Source of the DNA: Podarcis pityusensis
Taxonomy: Eukaryota
Strand: one strand, 5' to 3'
Length of the DNA: 64,000 nt
NCBI GenBank assembly: GCA_964106645.2
Contig: OZ067042.1
In this document: positions 27,930 to 40,865 of the stretch, piece after piece
How the letters are laid out: every line of letters begins with the position of its first letter
Numbering within the stretch: the stretch's first letter is position 1
Made by a program: the position numbers and the translations under genes
Notes under the pieces: model-generated
Databases searched by the model: none
What the model was told of the DNA's origin: nothing
What the model saw: the letters and a program-made list of their open reading frames with translations, nothing else

Positions 27930-28152
27930 TATGGAGCCAGAATGGTGAAGTGGTTAAGAGTGTTGGACTAGCACCTAGGAGAGCTTGGTCATAAAGCTCA
28001 CTGGATGACCTTGAGCCAGTCACTGTCTCTCAGTCTAACCTATCTAACCTACCTCACAGGGTTGTTGTGGGGATTAAATGAGAAGTGGGGGAACCATGTA
28101 GGTCCTTGGAGCAAAGGAGAACTATAAATCCAATAAATAAATAAATAATAAA
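27930..28152 (+). mobile_element. MIR/Squam2-like tRNA-derived SINE with (TAAA)n tail
   Basis: tggtgaagtggttaagagtgttggactag head, tgaccttgagccagtcact.tctctcag..taacctacctcacagggttgttgtg core, aataaataaataaat tail. Confidence 0.65.
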
Positions 28153-28983
28153 TACATTAAACATCATTACACTTAAATCTCTTCCTTGTGTCAGAATCCA
28201 GCTGGATTATACAAGATGTACATAACTGTACAGCAAGGGAAAAAACCCAGAAATGAATTAATGTGCAATAACCCACTTAAATCATCAGCCCGCTTGTTAA
28301 ATCTGAACCTACTGCAAATTATTTCAGGAAGAGGCACAGAGGCATCTTTGCTAAAAGGAGCAGCTTATCCAAACACACTCCACCCACAAGTTTGTGCTGT
28401 TAATATACAGAAGCCTACGGGTGGGTGACTCAAGCCATTTCCTCTCAAACAGCTATCTGTTAGCAGCACTTGTCCAGAAGAAGCTTGACACATACTGGTT
28501 AGGCTGAGATTGTTAAAGCAACTGAGGTCCAGCTTTTGCCACTGATTTTTCTAGAGAAGTTCAATGATGGGACAATTCTACTTAAGCGTGTGGTTTCATA
28601 AATGCAACTTGATGGCATTTCAAAGCATAATGCCAAGGTGTCCATTAAAAGACACTCCAAAACTTGCCAGGGCTAAGAACAACCAAAGTACAATTCTAAA
28701 AACAACCCATGCCTACATTAAAAAAAAAAAAAAAATGGATCAAAGCCACAGACCTTTAATTTGAGAACCTAATGCATCAGGTCTAACTTTAAATCAAATC
28801 ACTCATTAGAAATCATTGAAGTTAACATAAATAAATAAATGAGCAGTAAAACGTGAGCAGGAACCATCAGGCACATCAGTTTTTTTGCATGGAAAAGCAA
28901 CATGGAAAAGCAAACATGACCGACACAGTAACTTGCCAAGCCAATTCAATCCTAACCTAGAAGAATATGCAAGGCTGGATTAC

Positions 28984-28999
28984 CTTTTTCTTTCACCAT
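28984..28999 (-). CDS. ABLIM1: ABLIM1 alternative micro first coding exon (MVKEK + 1 nt, phase 1)
   Basis: The minus strand reads GCC ATG GTG AAA GAA AAA G|GTAATC, with a strong Kozak context (GCCATGG) and a GT donor. It has the same phase as the 244-nt exon and matches my recalled ABLIM1 isoform start MVKEKVAHPQD. A TATA-like element lies 56 nt upstream. Confidence 0.78.
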
Positions 29000-29200
29000 G
29001 GCCAGAACACCGTCTTTGTAGCAGAGGCAGCACAGATTAATTGAGGTGCTTTATAAATGCATACACACACACACACACACACACTCGTGCTATCTTTCCA
29101 GCAGTAGTTGGCAGAGACGAAGAAGCAATTGCCCAGAAGGCAGCCTATTCCAAAGTACTCTGTATTATTTTCCCACCAGATCTGACGTAACTGGAATGCT
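29000..29200 (-). promoter_or_regulatory. Putative promoter/5' UTR of the MVKEK first exon
   Basis: Motifs seen: TATAAAG on the minus strand at 29055-29049, CRE/ATF-like TGACGTAA at 29183-29190, and TEAD/MCAT-like GGAATG at 29193-29198. The position is directly upstream of a coding first exon. Confidence 0.5.
29063..29084. repeat. (AC)n microsatellite
   Basis: Direct reading. Confidence 0.95.
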
Positions 29201-29208
29201 TGGTGCCG

Positions 29209-29213
<5 letters not shown>

Positions 29214-29248
<35 letters not shown>
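29214..29248. repeat. (CT)n microsatellite
   Basis: Direct reading. Confidence 0.95.
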
Positions 29249-29250
<2 letters not shown>

Positions 29251-29569
29251 CTTCGGTCTGCTTTACTCTTCCTAATGGCAGCTCATTCCCAGGGAATGGA
29301 CTCTGCCCCTTCTGCGGCAGGAAAGAAAGGAAGAAATAAAGAAAAAAACAACACTGCACAGCAAACAGCAACACTAGCAGCCTCTAAGTAATGAAGGCAA
29401 AATTCCACTGTCGCTAATCCACAGTCATTGACACCACCTTGCAGTCTTCTGACAAGGCACAACAGAGCTGGCAAGCCAGGACTCCCCCAAGTGACAGATA
29501 CTAGAGTAGAAGTGAGAGACGCCACAGGACCTGCTTCAAGTAACAAAATGGAAAAAGATTTAATGGTGT

Positions 29570-29571
<2 letters not shown>

Positions 29572-29605
<34 letters not shown>
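29572..29605. repeat. (AC)n microsatellite
   Basis: Direct reading. Confidence 0.95.
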
Positions 29606-29607
<2 letters not shown>

Positions 29608-30390
29608 TTATATATTTAGTTCCCTCTGTCAGACTGAGAAGCAACTTGACATGAATACAGAATCAGAGACGGCACAGGCTGCAGCAAGGCTGTATACAGT
29701 ATAGGTTTCCAGTTTTCAGGGACAAATTCAATCACAGAGAAGCTTCAGGACTTGTATATTTGATAAAGTGCAGGATGGAATAAGACAGTGAAACAGGTGC
29801 AAGATGATGGCATGATCGCCAAAATGTTTAAAGCAGTTGTTCCAAAGTTCACAGAAGACAACCAACCAATGAAATAAGCACTGCATTGGATTTTGCATAG
29901 CAGACTCAAAAAAGTGATGAGTTTGCCCAATCTTCTGGAATACAAAATAAGCTCCATCCTTCAACAAAGCTCTTACCGGGGAAAGGCTTGAAACATGTGT
30001 TGTGGGCAACATACATTTCTTTAACCAGAATTCTAACTGCCCCCACTCTCTGCCACACACAGCTTACAGTGCTGTAATTCCCACAGCCAGCAGTATATCA
30101 ATCAAACACAGGCCTTTAAAAAAAAATCATTTTGGAATTTTTTAAAAAACCTGCATTTTGCTTCAAAAACCACACATGCTGGGATTTTCTTCTTCTTTGT
30201 ACTGTTGTTTACTTGGTTCCTTCCACATCTTTTTCCTTCATAGTGAATTCTAAAATTCCTTTTTGAACATCTCCTGGAAATACCTTTGTACAGTTCAAGT
30301 ACAGATTTATATACAGGTGTACCTGCTAAGAAAGGCCCTGTAAATAAATATGAAGGTGATTTTTCATGTCTGTAGTATTACTGGCATACA

Positions 30391-31771
30391 GAGACTCATC
30401 AGCCATTTTACCCGCCTGCATGGAGTTCGTCCTCATCATCATCAGCCTGATGAAGAGATGAAGACCAACATCCTTGGTTGGTCCTACATCGCCAGCACTC
30501 TACACATCTACAATGGTGACCAAACACTTAAGGTAGTAGACAGTTTGTCTACTTGGGTCCCACAATAATCATTGACACTGAGCTGGGCAAGCTGGGCAAG
30601 GCAGCTACAGCAATGGCTCACCGCTCCAAAACGGTATGGGAGAATGTGATGCTAATGGCCAATACCAAGATGAAGGTCTACCAGGCTTCTGTTTTGAGCA
30701 CATTGCTTTATGGAAGTGAGTCATGGGCTCACCTGCCAGAAGCATCACCTCGATGCCTTGCATATGTGCTGTGTCAGGAAGATTTTGGGCATCACGTGGC
30801 AGAACACAGTCTCAAACAAAGATGTATTCTCCCAAGATGTCAGGGACTGGTCAGATGAAAATGGGGTGGTAGAGACCGCCACCCCAGGAGGCTTCTGGGC
30901 ATGAGGCAGATACAGATAGCATGGATCCAGATTCATGGTGGTGCCAAACAGGACACACCCCAGACGAAGAAGAAAAAGGCTGGGAAAATAATGGTGGATG
31001 AGGAACAGAAGCAAGCTATCAGGTGCTCTAGTCCCGAACAGAGACAGGAGTCACAAGTGGTAGAAACAGTACAGCAGGCAGCTGTCACTTGAAAGAGCCT
31101 CCTCCGTCTCCTTGAACGAGACGCTCCCTTCGTATCTTAGAGCAGAAAGCCAAACAGACAGAAAGATTCCTTTGTCGGCCACCATAGGCAGCAGGAGTGG
31201 TTTGGAAACTAGGAAGTACAGCAAGCTCTCCACATCTCTGATTCCACTAAGCAGTTAGCCAGTGAGCTCATGACAGAAGCCCACATTCCCAGCATGTCCA
31301 CACTTCACTCTCAATGACATCTACACTAACTTGGCCATGTACACAGAATGGAAGATGGCAGGGTCCCCAAGGAGATGTATGAGGAGATGGCTTCAGGCAC
31401 TAGGCCTGTTGGCAGACCAACTCTGCATTACAAAGATGTCTGCAAACGTGACATAAAAGCTGGCAACGTGAACCCTGCCATATGGGAATCCCTTTCAGAT
31501 GACCGCAGTGCCTGGAGACAGTCAGGTCGTGTATCCACAGCAATGACCAGAGCAGGATTGACCGCTAGGAGGAGCGCAGAGAGAAGAAACACCATGGTGC
31601 ACCTGTAGCAGAAAAACCAGGTGCCTTCATCTGCCCCACCTGTAACAAAAAATATCTTTGCCATATCAGTCTCTACAGCCACAGCAGACACTGTAACTCT
31701 CCAATGGTTTCACTCCCCCCCCCCCAAAGTTGCACTCTTCCATTGTCTCCCAAGATAGTCGGATGCCAACA
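30391..31771 (+). mobile_element. RTE-clade (BovB/RTE-1-like) LINE, 5'-truncated and decayed, interrupted by an LTR
   Basis: Frameshifted fragments read TKMKVYQASVLSTLLYGSESW, HMCCVRKILGITWQNTVSNKDV and MEDGRVPKE...GTRPVGRPTLHYKDVCKRD. The element ends in CCAACAA. There is a 17-nt TSD with 2 mismatches (30374-30390 AGTATTACTGGCATACA; 31772-31788 AGTGTTATTGGCATACA). Confidence 0.85.
30838..31275. mobile_element. Solo LTR (probably Gypsy/Ty3-type) nested in the RTE element
   Basis: A 438-nt segment with TGTCA...TGACA inverted termini. The RTE sequence resumes on each side (...ctcccaag / gcccacattcccagc). Confidence 0.65.
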
Positions 31772-34700
31772 AGTGTTATTGGCATACAAGGGTTGTGTTT
31801 TTTTAAGACCTTACATCAGCTCTCTTCCTAACACCTTCTCCTCCTTATGATGGTAATTTTCTATAAGGGAATTGAAGACTATTTCACATAATCTACTGCT
31901 TACTGGCCTAAGTAGTTTCAACATTTTCAGGGTACACTAAGAGATCCTTCTTGCCGCTGCCTCTCTCTTTTGCTTCAGTCCCAGCCAGAATGGATTAGGA
32001 CTACAATCATAAGCAAGACACTGTTCTGTGCTTTCTACCCAGATGAAAGCCCTACTATGCTCAATGTGGCTTGCTCCCAAGTAGGCATGCATAGGATTGC
32101 AGCCCAAGTGTGTTACAGACAGGACATGATTCTTTAAATTCTTGGGGAAACAGCCAAACTGGGACTGAGGTACCCAAGAGTGAAAGCTGAACCAGGGGCT
32201 TATGGCTACTTGTCCCATGTTTCCTATCTATCACCCAGATTCCTCTCTTTGTTTTGACTCCCAGGAGTCCTTCCTCTAAGTAACTAAAAGCAGATAAAGT
32301 GGTAATAGCAGAAGAAAGAAAAAGCAGGGGAGTAGATAAGGGAGGATCTTGGGGGCAGCAAGGTCAGTGAATAGGAAGAAGAGATAAAAGTCAAGAGAAA
32401 ACAAGACCAGAGTTGCATCCAGGGCATTTACTGCCTAGGGTTAGCACTGGGAAAGGCTCCAGTGGCAGTGTTTTTTAAGTGGTCACTTTCCAAGCATCAA
32501 TGTAGATGCAACCATGAAAATGCTGGTAAAATTGTCTTGCTGTAAAACTGAAGAAATGAGCATAGGAGAAGAAGCCAGAGCAGAACAGGTGCTGAATCCT
32601 TCTCCTGCCCTTGCTTTCCAGATGAAACAGCTTCTCACTAGCTGTTTTTCTGCAGGTGGGAGAAACATAGGTGGGAAGGAGATAGAAAGGGGCAGAATGA
32701 AGGCAGGGAAGCATTTACAAAAATGCAGCCCAACCCATATTGCAGCAGTAAGTTGTACTGCCTTAACATGTAGTTAGAGCTTCGGTTGGGATGTTTGAAT
32801 AAAGGATCACCCCTGAATATATGACCTTGTTCTCAGTGGAGGAGGTTAGCTCTGGGATCTGGGAACTATGGGACACGTATGGTAATTCTAAATGCATATA
32901 AAATAGGGAGGAGGAGGAGGAGGAGAAATAGCCTGCTACTTGGCCAGCAACATATGCAATGCTTGCCTGCCTTTTTTTTCTGCTAAAAGAGGTTACAATT
33001 AAGCTGCAGGAATCTGTGCTCCATGCCCAAAGTCCTTTCCCTTTCGAGGGCATATCTTCCATATACCCTTAGCCATGGTTCAGCATTACAATGGGTAGCA
33101 TAAATTAAGTGTGCTCTTATCCAATGTTATCCAGATCCTGGGTTGGCAGGGGGGGGGGGAATTGTAGTCTTACCAATTTTCTTTCCATTTCCCTGCACCA
33201 CTGCCTCATCTATTGGTGGCATGCAACCTTGGACAGATTATCTCAAAGGGAACACAGCATTAGGCTAACACAGGGACAGACGGATGGTGCATCTCAAAAG
33301 AGTGATAATGTACAGTCACCCTTAAATTTTATCTAACAAGCAGTCACCGTTAGTTGTGGCAGATATTAAATCATCTGGCTTTCCTTGTATTCCTTATTTA
33401 TCCAGATCTGTTATTTGAATAGATGAGACACACAGGAAAAAATGCATTGGGTGTGTGTGTATTTCCTCACCAGTATAGGCTGGGCTTCTGTTATCAGATC
33501 CCTGATAAACCCTGGGAACAGAAGGATAACATTCCAACTTCTGTGGCTCACTATACTGCTAAGAATAGCTTTAGGACCTCACTATGTGGTGATGGATTGA
33601 AACTTTTTGCTCTTAGATACTAAGCTGGTTCCAATGCAACGACAAACAGTGGTTTATAGCTACTTATACAAGACTCTGGCTCATATGCTCCCCCCACCCC
33701 CGCACTTTCTCCTTCTCCAGGATGGCTGGGAGCAGATCAAAAAGCTTTTACTGCCAACAGCATTTAACCACAGTTCTGTGTTGTGTCTAACCCTACATTG
33801 CAGTTATGCATCTTATGTATCATTAGCTGAAATAAGGCAGCTTCATAAAACTTTGGTTTAGAGTTGACTTCATTTAGATAAGCATAGTTAAGACTAACTG
33901 CAGTTTGTCCAGGTTGAGGCATCACAACAACACTTATGTGGTTAATCATAAATGGATGCAGTGGAGGGGAGGAAGGGTGAAGGGAGTATGCAAGCCTGAG
34001 GCTCACAGAATCTGACTCCTGTAACAATAACCCAGTCTTTCATTAAAAAATTGCAGACTAGTTTGAGTAGTTATTGTTTTATAGATATTGCTGCATTTGG
34101 GATATTGAAGGAGAACATCATAGTGGTGCCTCCACAACTTTCTGTGCTATTAACCCCTTGGAAATTACCATGTCTGCATATGAAAAGAATTAACCCTTAG
34201 GGGTGATCTTGCACAAAAGGTTTTTCTCACCAAGTATCACAGACTTTCCGCTTCAAGAAGTGTTGGCATGTAAGGGTAACTGCTGAAGACTGGAACATTT
34301 TGCTCACAGAGTGGCCAAGTCTCATTTTTCACATGTGCTAAGGATTAACACTGCCATGTTCCATCTTGCCCCCAGTCCCAACCCAGCTGAGTGGCAGCCA
34401 ACTGGAGAAAAGAGCAAACTGGTCCTTCTCCTATCCTCCTGTATTCCCAATTCTATATGTATGTATGCATGTATTTATGTGTGCATGTGTGTAGATGTCT
34501 ATATCTATCTCTATATATAAAAATATCAAACAACATCTCTATATATAAAAATATCAAATATCAATTCAGACAGTTAGGTCTGGATCCTGGTGGAATACAG
34601 TTAATCTCTATATCCATATATTTATTACAGTGAGAAACAAAACAAAATTTCTGCTTAGAAAGCCTTCCTTCACTGAAGTTAAGCTATGCAGAGGCCATGC

Positions 34701-35560
34701 AGTTTTCATGTGTCCGGTGTGTTCATCTTGTTCTTCCTATTTGCTAACATTGTTGGAGATACAGTACATACACCATCAAAACCCTTCAGACTCAGGGCCA
34801 AAATAAATGCGGTTCAAGAAATCCATTACAAGATCTTGTTGTTGTTTTTTTGTATTTTGGTTAAAGAATAAAATACTAGGTATAATAAAAAGGGAAATTC
34901 CTTGGATGCCCAAATCCAGGTTTGAGGCAAGTACTCTTTGGTGAGAGAACCCCAAAACATGCAGCAAAGTAAAGCATGGATATATAGGCTGTTAGACCTT
35001 TAAAATATCCCCTTCTAAGTTCCTTCCAAAGTTCTCCACTTCCCTCTGCAAGAGCTGTTACTAAATGCAGAGAGGAAAGGATACAAAACATGGTAGCCCC
35101 CTGGCTCCTTTTTTTCCAAAACGAAAAGTTTTCAAGAGATCCAGCTATGGTGTTCCCATGTTACATTTAGCCTGGACCTCAGCTGTTGGGTACTACAAAT
35201 AAAACAATGTAAATTGAGCATTTTTGCTTAGGTATATTTTACTTTTACTTCTCTTATAAAGAGCATGTTTTGATTGCTGCAGGGAACAGTAGTACTACAG
35301 TGGTGTTTTCTACAGCAAACATGTAAAGTGTGTGATTAAAATGTGCCTGCACACGCACACATCTTTAAATGCCTATCTAGGTTCAGTTTTCCTAGATGCA
35401 TCTCTTTCTTCCTCACCTTATCTACTGCGGGAAACAATCATAATGTGTAATGTTGCCCAAGGCCTGGCACCATCACCCAGAATAGTAGGACAAATGCCTG
35501 GGGACACACAGTTCTTTGAAGGCCTACCACTGCCAACAGCAACATCACCTTGATGCTTCT

Positions 35561-35589
35561 AACAACAACAACAACAACAACAACAACAA
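35561..35589. repeat. (AAC)n microsatellite
   Basis: Direct reading; it produces the spurious poly-Thr and poly-Val ORFs. Confidence 0.95.
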
Positions 35590-37737
35590 TTTCTTTTACA
35601 GAAAAGTACTTAGCAAGCCAGGCACAGCCACCACCACCACCCTTTCTCCAGAAAGCCTCTAAAGCACGTTTCTTCTCAATGTATGGCTGCCTCCCTCTCC
35701 TCTGCTGCACCACCATGCAGCTCTCCCCCTGCCGGTAAACTTGCTACAGAGAGGCAGAGGACACTTGGCCAAGGGCCCCTTCAAATTGGCACAGCCTGCA
35801 GCTTTGTCCTCGAGCGAGCAATGAAGTGTAAAATAGCAATTCTAGAAGCACACCACTAGTTTGAAGCTACTAGCCTACCGCAGATTTCGTCTGGCTTTGT
35901 TTTGTTTTAAAGTTCCACGCAATCATTGCAATTTGAACTCATTATGGTCCTGTTCTGAGACTGAGTACAAGAACCAATTCAGTTTTGTATCTTAAGAGCC
36001 GCATACATAGACAAGTGAGTGTTTATATTTTGTTACAAATGTATAGATTTCTTGCAAGGATAGGAAAAAGGGGGGTTCAAAATGCAGTGCTTGACAGTAA
36101 GACAAATAAAATGTTGAAAGTTTGAATAGGTCACAGAGTTAACCCTGGAATACTAGTTCTGGGAAAGAGCATGGTGTAGGACATAAATTAGCCTACAGAG
36201 CATTTTGCAGACATGATTCTAAGCTGAGCAAGGAACCTGAAAGAGTTAAAGAGTCTAAAGGACCTGACACCTTTAATAACACTGAAAAGTAACCTGCCAC
36301 CTTCAATAACATGCTTCACTTAGCAATAATGTGCTTAATTTTACCTCATCTGGTCACAGCAGAGGTATTTATTTCTTCTCTTCTTGTGGACATTAGTGTA
36401 AAGCAATTGTCTATAAGCATTACCATAGCAACAACTGACACCTACAATGATGTGGGATTTCTTTCAGGGCAAAAGTACATAAGAAACCAGAGGAGCTTTA
36501 CTATCATCCAAATAATAAAACACACCAGTGATCAGACACCTTGCTTTGGCTTTAGGGTGTAATTTAAACATAATACTACCCTTTATTGAAACTGCTGAAG
36601 AGTTGACCTAGCTCCCTAACGCAAACACACAATGTCAAACAAATGTTGCGCTAGTAGAGACTTTTGTGCTGCTTTCCACTAGAACAACAATTTAGTTAAA
36701 TACGGCCACATGGACCTGGCAATACTAATAATTCTGAAATGTCATGCATATCCTCCCTTGCAAATAGGTGCTAAAAGTAATCTCCTCCCCTCCCCCCCCC
36801 CGACCGTGTTTTCGCAGTAGCAAGCCAAGAACATTAACAGTAGGAATTAAGACTGTTTCAAACATTATGGATTAGGAGTGTACACTGTGTGTACATCAAC
36901 AAATCTGGGGCAGTTAAACACATTTATATCACCAGGTACATACACAGCAAATACCTGGAACTGGCTGCATATCACCAGTAGGTCCATGTGCATGCAATAA
37001 AAAGACAAATGCATGCTCTCTTACTCCAGAGTATGTATAGCGGTCATTGGTTCACTCATCCTGAACAAAAAAAAACATGTAAAGGTCACTCTTTTTACTC
37101 ATTCTCTGTTGTTGTGTTTACAATGGTTTTCAGTGTGATTACGGAAATAAAAGAATAACAGCAAAATCCTAAACCTGTTTACTCAGAAAAGTTTTTATTG
37201 TATGGCTTTCGGTATAATTGTTGTAAACTACTCTGCTTTTTTATGAATAGCAGTATGTGGGTATATGGCTGGGTGTGTTTGTAGAATAGTACAGAGGAGA
37301 TCTAAAGCGTTTGCAAAGAAAGATACTCATAGCAAATTTTGGAGGTGGGACAAACTTTGCTGTGGTAGTAACTCATGGCTGGTTAGTTTTGGTATTATCA
37401 CACCATGGAGAAAATAATGGTGGCAGCCAGGTGACAACAGCTGGAAGGCGTTCCAGTGCCTATCAGTGGGTTTCACACCCAATGTTCTCTTCCTCTCCCA
37501 CCCGTACAACACCCAGCCACCCTGGGCTTTTATCACACATAACGGAGAATGGCAAAACACAGGGAGTATTTTAGCTCATCCCAAATTACTGCAGATTTCT
37601 AATGCTAGACTAGATTTAGCACACATCAGTCCAGCATCAAAGAGCCTTGTATGACTGCATTACAATTGCAGAGTTTACACCTGCTAAAAGTTACAGGTGG
37701 GTGGAGGGGTAAGATTGCCTTCACATAAATTGTATAT

Positions 37738-37871
37738 ATTACAGGTAGGTAGCCGTGTTGGTCTGCCATAGTTGAAACAAAATTTAAAAAAATCCTTCCA
37801 GTAGCACCTTAGAGACCAACTAAGTTTGTTATTGGTATGAGCTTTCATGTGCATGCACACTTCTTCAGATA
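37738..37871 (-). mobile_element. Short Penelope pLTR-only insertion (same family as 62448-63899)
   Basis: The reverse complement closely matches 63808-63895 (tatctgaagaagtgtgcatgcaca.gaaagct.atacca...agttggtct.taa.gtgctac.ggaagga.tttttt). It is flanked by a 20-nt direct repeat CCTTCA(C/G)ATAAATTGTATAT at 37718-37737 and 37872-37891. Confidence 0.85.
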
Positions 37872-37873
37872 CC
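37834..37873 (-). ncRNA. Minimal type I hammerhead ribozyme motif (sense to ABLIM1)
   Basis: The minus strand reads GGTAT-CTGAAGA-A-GTGTG CATG CACAT-GAAA-GC-TC-ATACC. It has a 5-bp stem I, an intact core, a CUC triplet, and stem II closed by G-U. Confidence 0.75.
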
Positions 37874-40865
37874 TTCAGATAAATTGTATATGTTTGCTTT
37901 TTCACTGTTTAGGGAGTGGAAGAGAGTAAATTGCTCACAATTTTATCTTGATTAAGGAGAAAATAGAAACCAAATGCAGGAGAATGGCAGATCTGAGCCG
38001 CTCTGAATAAAAGTGCTGCACACTCAATCACTAGGGATATTATCTGAAGCTTTATTCACCTTTCTTCCTTCCCAGATGGAGACTAAGCTCCAATCCGGCC
38101 AGCTTAAGAGACCTGACAAGATCAGAGGTCACTGATAAGGTGCTGCTATGTCTGCAGGTCATAGCAAGAACACAACACGCACACCTTTATTTGCCAGTGG
38201 GCTGCTTAGCAGTTGCAACCAGAGGCATCAGTTGCTGAGAAGAAGATTACGACTAAGGAGTCTCCCTCCCTTCTAATTACTTCAAGCTGCGTCTGTCAGA
38301 AGGGGGAAGACTGAGGAGTCTGCTGCATTTCTCTATGCTATCCTCAAAACACAAACCAAGGGAAACAGCTCACCCTTATCACAATGTTTATATTATTAAT
38401 TAAATTTCAATACCGCCCTTCATCTGAGGATCACAGGGTGGTTTACAATATAAAAACACAAATGTAAAAGTAATAGCTATGGGAACAGCTCAACTCCCAT
38501 CACTTGATCTCAACAGGAATTTGCCATGCCTCACAGTACAGATCCTTTTGCTGGATCATATTATGAAAATGGCATTTGCTTGCTCCATTTTTATTTGCAA
38601 CTTTTTGCTATCTAAAAAAAAAAATAGGACACACAAACAGTTTTAAAAATAGATTGTGGTGGTCTCATACAGGTAGTGAAGCTGTTTACACCAATGGAAC
38701 TGCTCTTCAGACTAATTTGTCCAAGGAAATTAGTGTTTCTCCAACACCTCATCTTGAATATTTTGCTGTGGGGGGCTTCCCACTTTTTCTTTCAGTACAA
38801 TAGCCATTATAGTTCTTTCTGCCTTAGACACAAACAGACCTATTCTCTGCACATCTTAGTAAAACTGTACATTTGCTAAAAATATTACATCAGCAACATA
38901 AAAAAATATTATCATCCAAACTGAGCTTTCCTTTTAACTCTGGGTCAACATAGCATTGAACCACAAATGGGACTCACATTAGTCTGCTGGGAACAGGCCA
39001 ATGCTGGGCTCAGGGCATCTCACTGCTCATTTTACAAAACATTTCTTTTCTGCAGTCACGGAAATAAAAATCCTTTTAAATAATTAAATAAATTTCTATA
39101 GTAGCAAGGCAGAACATTGAGTAAATTGGTTTACGAAGCATTAGGTAAATTCTTCTGTCTGGCAGAAGTTAATGTTAAAAAACTGAACCTAAACATTTGT
39201 GCTGGCAACAGTGTGTGGCTTAGAGCTGTGAATTTGTGTGTGATGCCTCACACAGGTTTCTATATCCTTGTGCAGAGGGTTAGTTAATCTTTTGTTTAAT
39301 GTTTGTTATACCAACTGGTTCAAGTTCAGATTCTGAATCTGATGATGTCTCAATCAGCTAATTACACATTCAACCACAACCAATAAGAAGTTATTACATT
39401 ACATAGACTAAACAGCTTAAAAATTGGCTCTCAGATCCACAAGGTTCCATTTGAAGCAGATTCCCATGAGACTAATGAATTTGTCCAGAACTCAAGAACA
39501 ATCACAAACTCTGATTATACAAAATCCTCTGAACACCTAAGTGCCTATATCACACTGTGAAAACCTCTTAACACTCGACTTAACTGTCTTAATCCTAAAG
39601 GTAGGAGTCAAAAGTATCAAAGCGGCCAAATAAATTGATCCCATTGACAGGATAAAAACTATGGCCAGGATCCAAGCCAGAGCAAGTGGCTGTTATGCTC
39701 AGACAAACAACTATTTAAGCTCCTGTTCAAGTTGCAGCTCCCTGCATGCTTCCAAAATCTCTCTCCCAAGTTTGGGGCCCTCCACAGTGGCAGCTGGTAA
39801 AATACAGTACAAGGTACGTAATCATGGGCAATTGTAGTCTGTGCCTTCCTCTGTGTGCGGGATCTTATCCAGCATGCATAATCCAGCCACAGGGAAGCAT
39901 TTCAGTGAAAGAGAGTGAAGAATATGCTTAACTTTCTCTGACTGAAAGAAAAAAAATATGTGCCCAAATTTTGATGGAATCTGTGGCGTGTCAGTAACAC
40001 TGCATAAAGGCACTCCAGAAAAAGAAGAATCACTAGCTGCTGCCGTTTTCAATTCAACTATGCAACGGAAGGCAAAACCCAGTGAAAATACTGGGTTGCC
40101 TGGAGATTGATGGCCGAGGGGAAACTGACTAGATAGGCTGGACTCAAGCATTTGTCACTTGTCCTCCCTGAATGACACCTTTATACTTCAGAATTCCATT
40201 TTCATCATTTGGAAAATGGAGATAATGACCACATTTGTAATTCTGTCTAATACTTAGCAGTATTAAAATTATTATTTTTAAAAAATTTAAAGCACCTTTC
40301 TTCTCCAAGCAGTTCAGAGTGGCAAGATAAGCTGCTTGAATGCAAGAACTGACCACCACTGTTTCTAAGATATCAATTAATTCTTTGCTAGACACTCCAC
40401 AATCTCCTGTATCGCAGCAGTAATAGGCACAACGTAACACTAAAGGAATCATGCAGTTTTAAAAAATCCTGCACTTTCCAACCTAGGCCACATTAAAGGA
40501 GTTTTTACATTTATGTTCTGTACATTGCACGCTATATTGGGACTGTTGCACTGTCATGTTACTTGGGTTTACCATCACTTCACAGCAGCAGAAAAAACTA
40601 TCAACTATTGTGCTCCCCTTTCTCAAGAGATGAAGGGATAGAAATAAATTTCAACGAAACACACAACTAAGGGGTGGCATAATAATCAAAAGGCAGGGCT
40701 TCTGCTTAGACCAGGCATCTAATGGGAACAGAACTGAAAATACTTTTTAATCAAACAATACATGTTTTTTAAAGGACCTGCTTAGGAGCTCTGCTTCTTG
40801 ACTTACCACCTTGTTGCCTTAACTATACTCTCTAGTCTACAGCCACCTTAACATCTGGTTAAACT

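Larger units (their letters stand above)
1..28983 (-). other. ABLIM1: ABLIM1 intron 1 (portion downstream of the MVKEK exon); exon 2 not found in window
   Basis: This stretch lies downstream of both phase-1 donors. No LIM-domain (CxxC...HxxC) coding segment appears in the minus-strand ORF track or on manual reading. Confidence 0.6.

Noticed and set aside
29046-29619. ORFs with HTHT, SLSL, ERER and CVCV runs
   Set aside because: These are translations of dinucleotide microsatellites.
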